NCBI RefSeq assembly: GCF_000196355.1
Contig: NC_007614.1
Span: 2,190,001 to 2,222,000, forward strand
Source of the DNA: Nitrosospira multiformis ATCC 25196
GTDB taxonomy: Bacteria > Pseudomonadota > Gammaproteobacteria > Burkholderiales > Nitrosomonadaceae
Length of the DNA: 32,000 nucleotides
Direction: 5' to 3'
In this document: positions 30,543 through 32,000 of the stretch, in pieces
Layout of the letters: each line of letters starts with the position of its first letter
Numbering within the stretch: position 1 is the first letter of the stretch
Notes under the pieces: model-generated
What the model was told of the DNA's origin: nothing
The model's database searches: none
Seen by the model: only the letters and a program-made list of their open reading frames with translations
Made by a program: the position numbers and the translations under genes

Positions 30543-30592
30543 TGGCGCGTCCGGCAGGATTGGAACCCACGGCTCCAGTTCGTAGCCGATTT
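30543..30592 (-). pseudogene. Degenerate 3' half of a tRNA, tRNA-Arg(ACG)-like
   Basis: Minus strand reads ATCGG-CTACGAA-CTGGAGCCGTGGGTTCCAATCCTGCCGGACGCGCCA: an ACG-containing anticodon-like loop, a T-arm (GTGGG-TTCCAAT-CCTGC), a 3' acceptor strand and encoded CCA. No matching 5' acceptor or D-arm is visible. Plus-strand translation WRVRQDWNPRLQ resembles the well-known spurious 'WRARQDSNLRP' tRNA-end translation. Confidence 0.5.
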
Positions 30593-30716
30593 GCTGAACC
30601 GGTATTTTTTGTTTCCATACGTTAAGTATTTAACGGTAAAACCTCTCTTGTATTGTTATTCTACCTACTCGTTTCTCTCCTCCAAACAGGGAAGCGATTG
30701 CGGTAAACTCACCCCT

Positions 30717-30742
30717 GGCCCGGCGTTCGTCCGGGCCTTTTT
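30717..30742 (+). terminator. Orphan rho-independent terminator
   Basis: ggcccgg cgttcgt ccgggcc ttttt. 7-bp GC-only stem followed by T5; no recognised gene directly upstream on the plus strand. Confidence 0.65.
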
Positions 30743-30977
30743 ATTGAACCCATCCAGCCTTGAATTACTGGTCTTCTTTTCCTGTCTTTGAATTGCAGAC
30801 GAGCAACGGTTTAAATCGCCGTGATTCGGGTGACGGCGCGGATGACGCTGCTGCTTCCCTCTGGCAGGTTAGAGAGATATGCATTACTGCGTCCAATCCA
30901 GCTTTAGCCAGGAAAGAAGAACGCCATTTCCCCCGTCCTCATAACAGCAATGGGATTACCCCTATATTCTCCCTTTC

Positions 30978-30997
30978 TATTTCACATAAGTGAAATA
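30978..30997. repeat. 8-bp perfect inverted repeat, operator-like
   Basis: tatttcac ataa gtgaaata. Confidence 0.5.
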
Positions 30998-31008
30998 TGA
31001 TTGACTTC

Positions 31009-31047
31009 AATGTGGGATTCACCCCGACTTACTGTCGGGCCCACATT
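31009..31047. repeat. Two-part hairpin
   Basis: aatgtggg ... cccgac ttact gtcggg cccacatt: outer 8-bp and inner 6-bp stems separated by a 6-nt one-sided bulge. No clear T-tract. Confidence 0.5.
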
Positions 31048-31188
31048 CTTGCTTACGCTGCAATCAATTCTCCTCACTGAGACTGCCCTATACCGAGGCT
31101 TGCTGATCCGGTTTGTGTCATATCAGAGCTGGACACGGTAAGTTCGCATCGTCCCGAATTTTAGGGGTAGGATAAACAAAGACGAATC

Positions 31189-31701
31189 ATGGAAAATGAT
31201 GCAAATTTAAAGAAGAAAATCAGCTTCGAGAAGGAACAAGATTCGAACGTTTCAAATCTGTCAGATGAAGAGTTTCATCAGTCCTGCCAGATACTCACCA
31301 AGGTTCTTGCCACACTGCCCCCCAAGAGACAAAGGGAACTTTTTGGGTTGCTACAAATTCTCGCGGAAGATGGCACTTCCCAAAAACAGCAATCCTCGGT
31401 TAGGCCGCTAGCTGAAAAAATAGTGGCCACGGTATGTAGAGACGATCATTCATCGCGGCCTCTTCCATACCATCCGGAACGCAGAATCTCCGATAGGCGA
31501 CGTAGCGATCGACGTCAAAGTGATCAGGGAAAACGGTTATGCAACGCTGGAACTCCATGGACGTCAGAGGACATCCAGATACTGGAGATCATGGCAAAAC
31601 AAGGGATTCCGCATAGACGGATCGCATTGAAGCTCGGCAGGACTTCCACGGCAGTCGAAGCAAAAGCCAGGACACTGAACGTCCCCTTGTCCGATGAGTA
31701 G
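31189..31701 (+). CDS. Hypothetical protein with C-terminal HTH-like domain (170 aa)
   Basis: Coherent ORF. C-terminus 'TPWTSEDIQILEIMAKQGIPHRRIALKLGRTSTAVEAKARTLNVPL' resembles SANT/Myb-like or short HTH domains. Basic linker 'PERRISDRRRSDRRQSDQGKR'. Confidence 0.7.
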   Translation: MENDANLKKKISFEKEQDSNVSNLSDEEFHQSCQILTKVLATLPPKRQRELFGLLQILAEDGTSQKQQSSVRPLAEKIVATVCRDDHSSRPLPYHPERRISDRRRSDRRQSDQGKRLCNAGTPWTSEDIQILEIMAKQGIPHRRIALKLGRTSTAVEAKARTLNVPLSDE

Positions 31702-31816
31702 TTTTTTTATTGTACTGTACTGGCTGTTTCTCTACCCTTTCACTCCCTGGTTGTCGCCCAAAACGGCTAATAACCATCTGGGGGTTTCCGCACCCGAACT
31801 TGCGAATGCCTCATAA

Positions 31817-31857
31817 CTGATTTACATCAATTTGAGGGGCCGGGAATCCTGTATCTT
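31817..31857 (+). promoter_or_regulatory. FNR/CRP-family binding site with appropriately spaced -10 element
   Basis: CTGAT-TTAC-ATCAA (31817-31830) matches TTGAT-N4-ATCAA at 9 of 10 positions. TATCTT at 31852-31857 places the site centre near -41. Confidence 0.45.
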
Positions 31858-31909
31858 ATTATCTGGCAACCCGTTCTGGTGGTTTTTTGTTGCCCTCCAC
31901 TCTTCCGAC

Positions 31910-31935
31910 AATAAGCACCAAAAATAAGCACCAAA
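31910..31935 (+). repeat. 13-nt tandem duplication
   Basis: aataagcaccaaa aataagcaccaaa, exact, two copies. Confidence 0.8.
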
Positions 31936-32000
31936 AATCCGGTTCTAATCGGCCGATGGAAGCTTTACTGCTGAGCTATGATAGCCATGCGGTTAGTAGC

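Noticed and set aside
30073-30625. Overlapping plus-strand ORFs (30073-30504, 30227-30625)
   Set aside because: Low-complexity-free but no family resemblance. The 30227 ORF runs through the tRNA-like remnant and its C-terminus 'ARPAGLEPTAPV' is a known type of artefactual tRNA-end translation.
28332-31188. Intact transposon or prophage in the gene-poor region
   Set aside because: No transposase, integrase or paired terminal repeats seen. Only the tRNA-like fragment hints at past mobility.
1-32000. CRISPR array, toxin-antitoxin, restriction-modification or other defence system
   Set aside because: No regularly spaced repeats, Cas, nuclease, methyltransferase (apart from metabolic or tRNA enzymes) or paired small toxin/antitoxin ORFs could be recognised.

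Overview
This window looks like a largely ordinary betaproteobacterial chromosome segment, possibly Nitrosomonadaceae-like (an inference from gene order and protein character; no search was run). From the left it contains a 5'-truncated gspD with gspE and gspF, then a long minus-strand block: metZ, purF, cvpA, a SPOR-domain protein, folC, accD, trpA, trpB, trpF, truA, a fimV-like gene, asd, leuB, leuD, an entericidin-like micro-lipoprotein missing from the ORF track, and leuC. An MFS transporter and a PRC-barrel protein follow. A plus-strand block then holds egtB-egtD (ergothioneine), a TerC-family gene and mnmC. The last ~3.7 kb (28.3-32 kb) is sparsely coding and accessory-like. It holds a small hypothetical gene, a small lipoprotein that appears frameshifted, a PEP-CTERM protein, a degenerate 3' tRNA-Arg-like fragment, several hairpins, a C-terminal-HTH hypothetical and an FNR/CRP-like promoter. 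I found no CRISPR array, complete mobile element, rRNA, complete tRNA or clearly new multi-gene system. The most useful second-look items are the hidden entericidin, the frameshifted lipoprotein, the short FimV that stops where a membrane segment may begin, the leuC-upstream palindrome, the tRNA remnant and the FNR-type promoter at the right edge.
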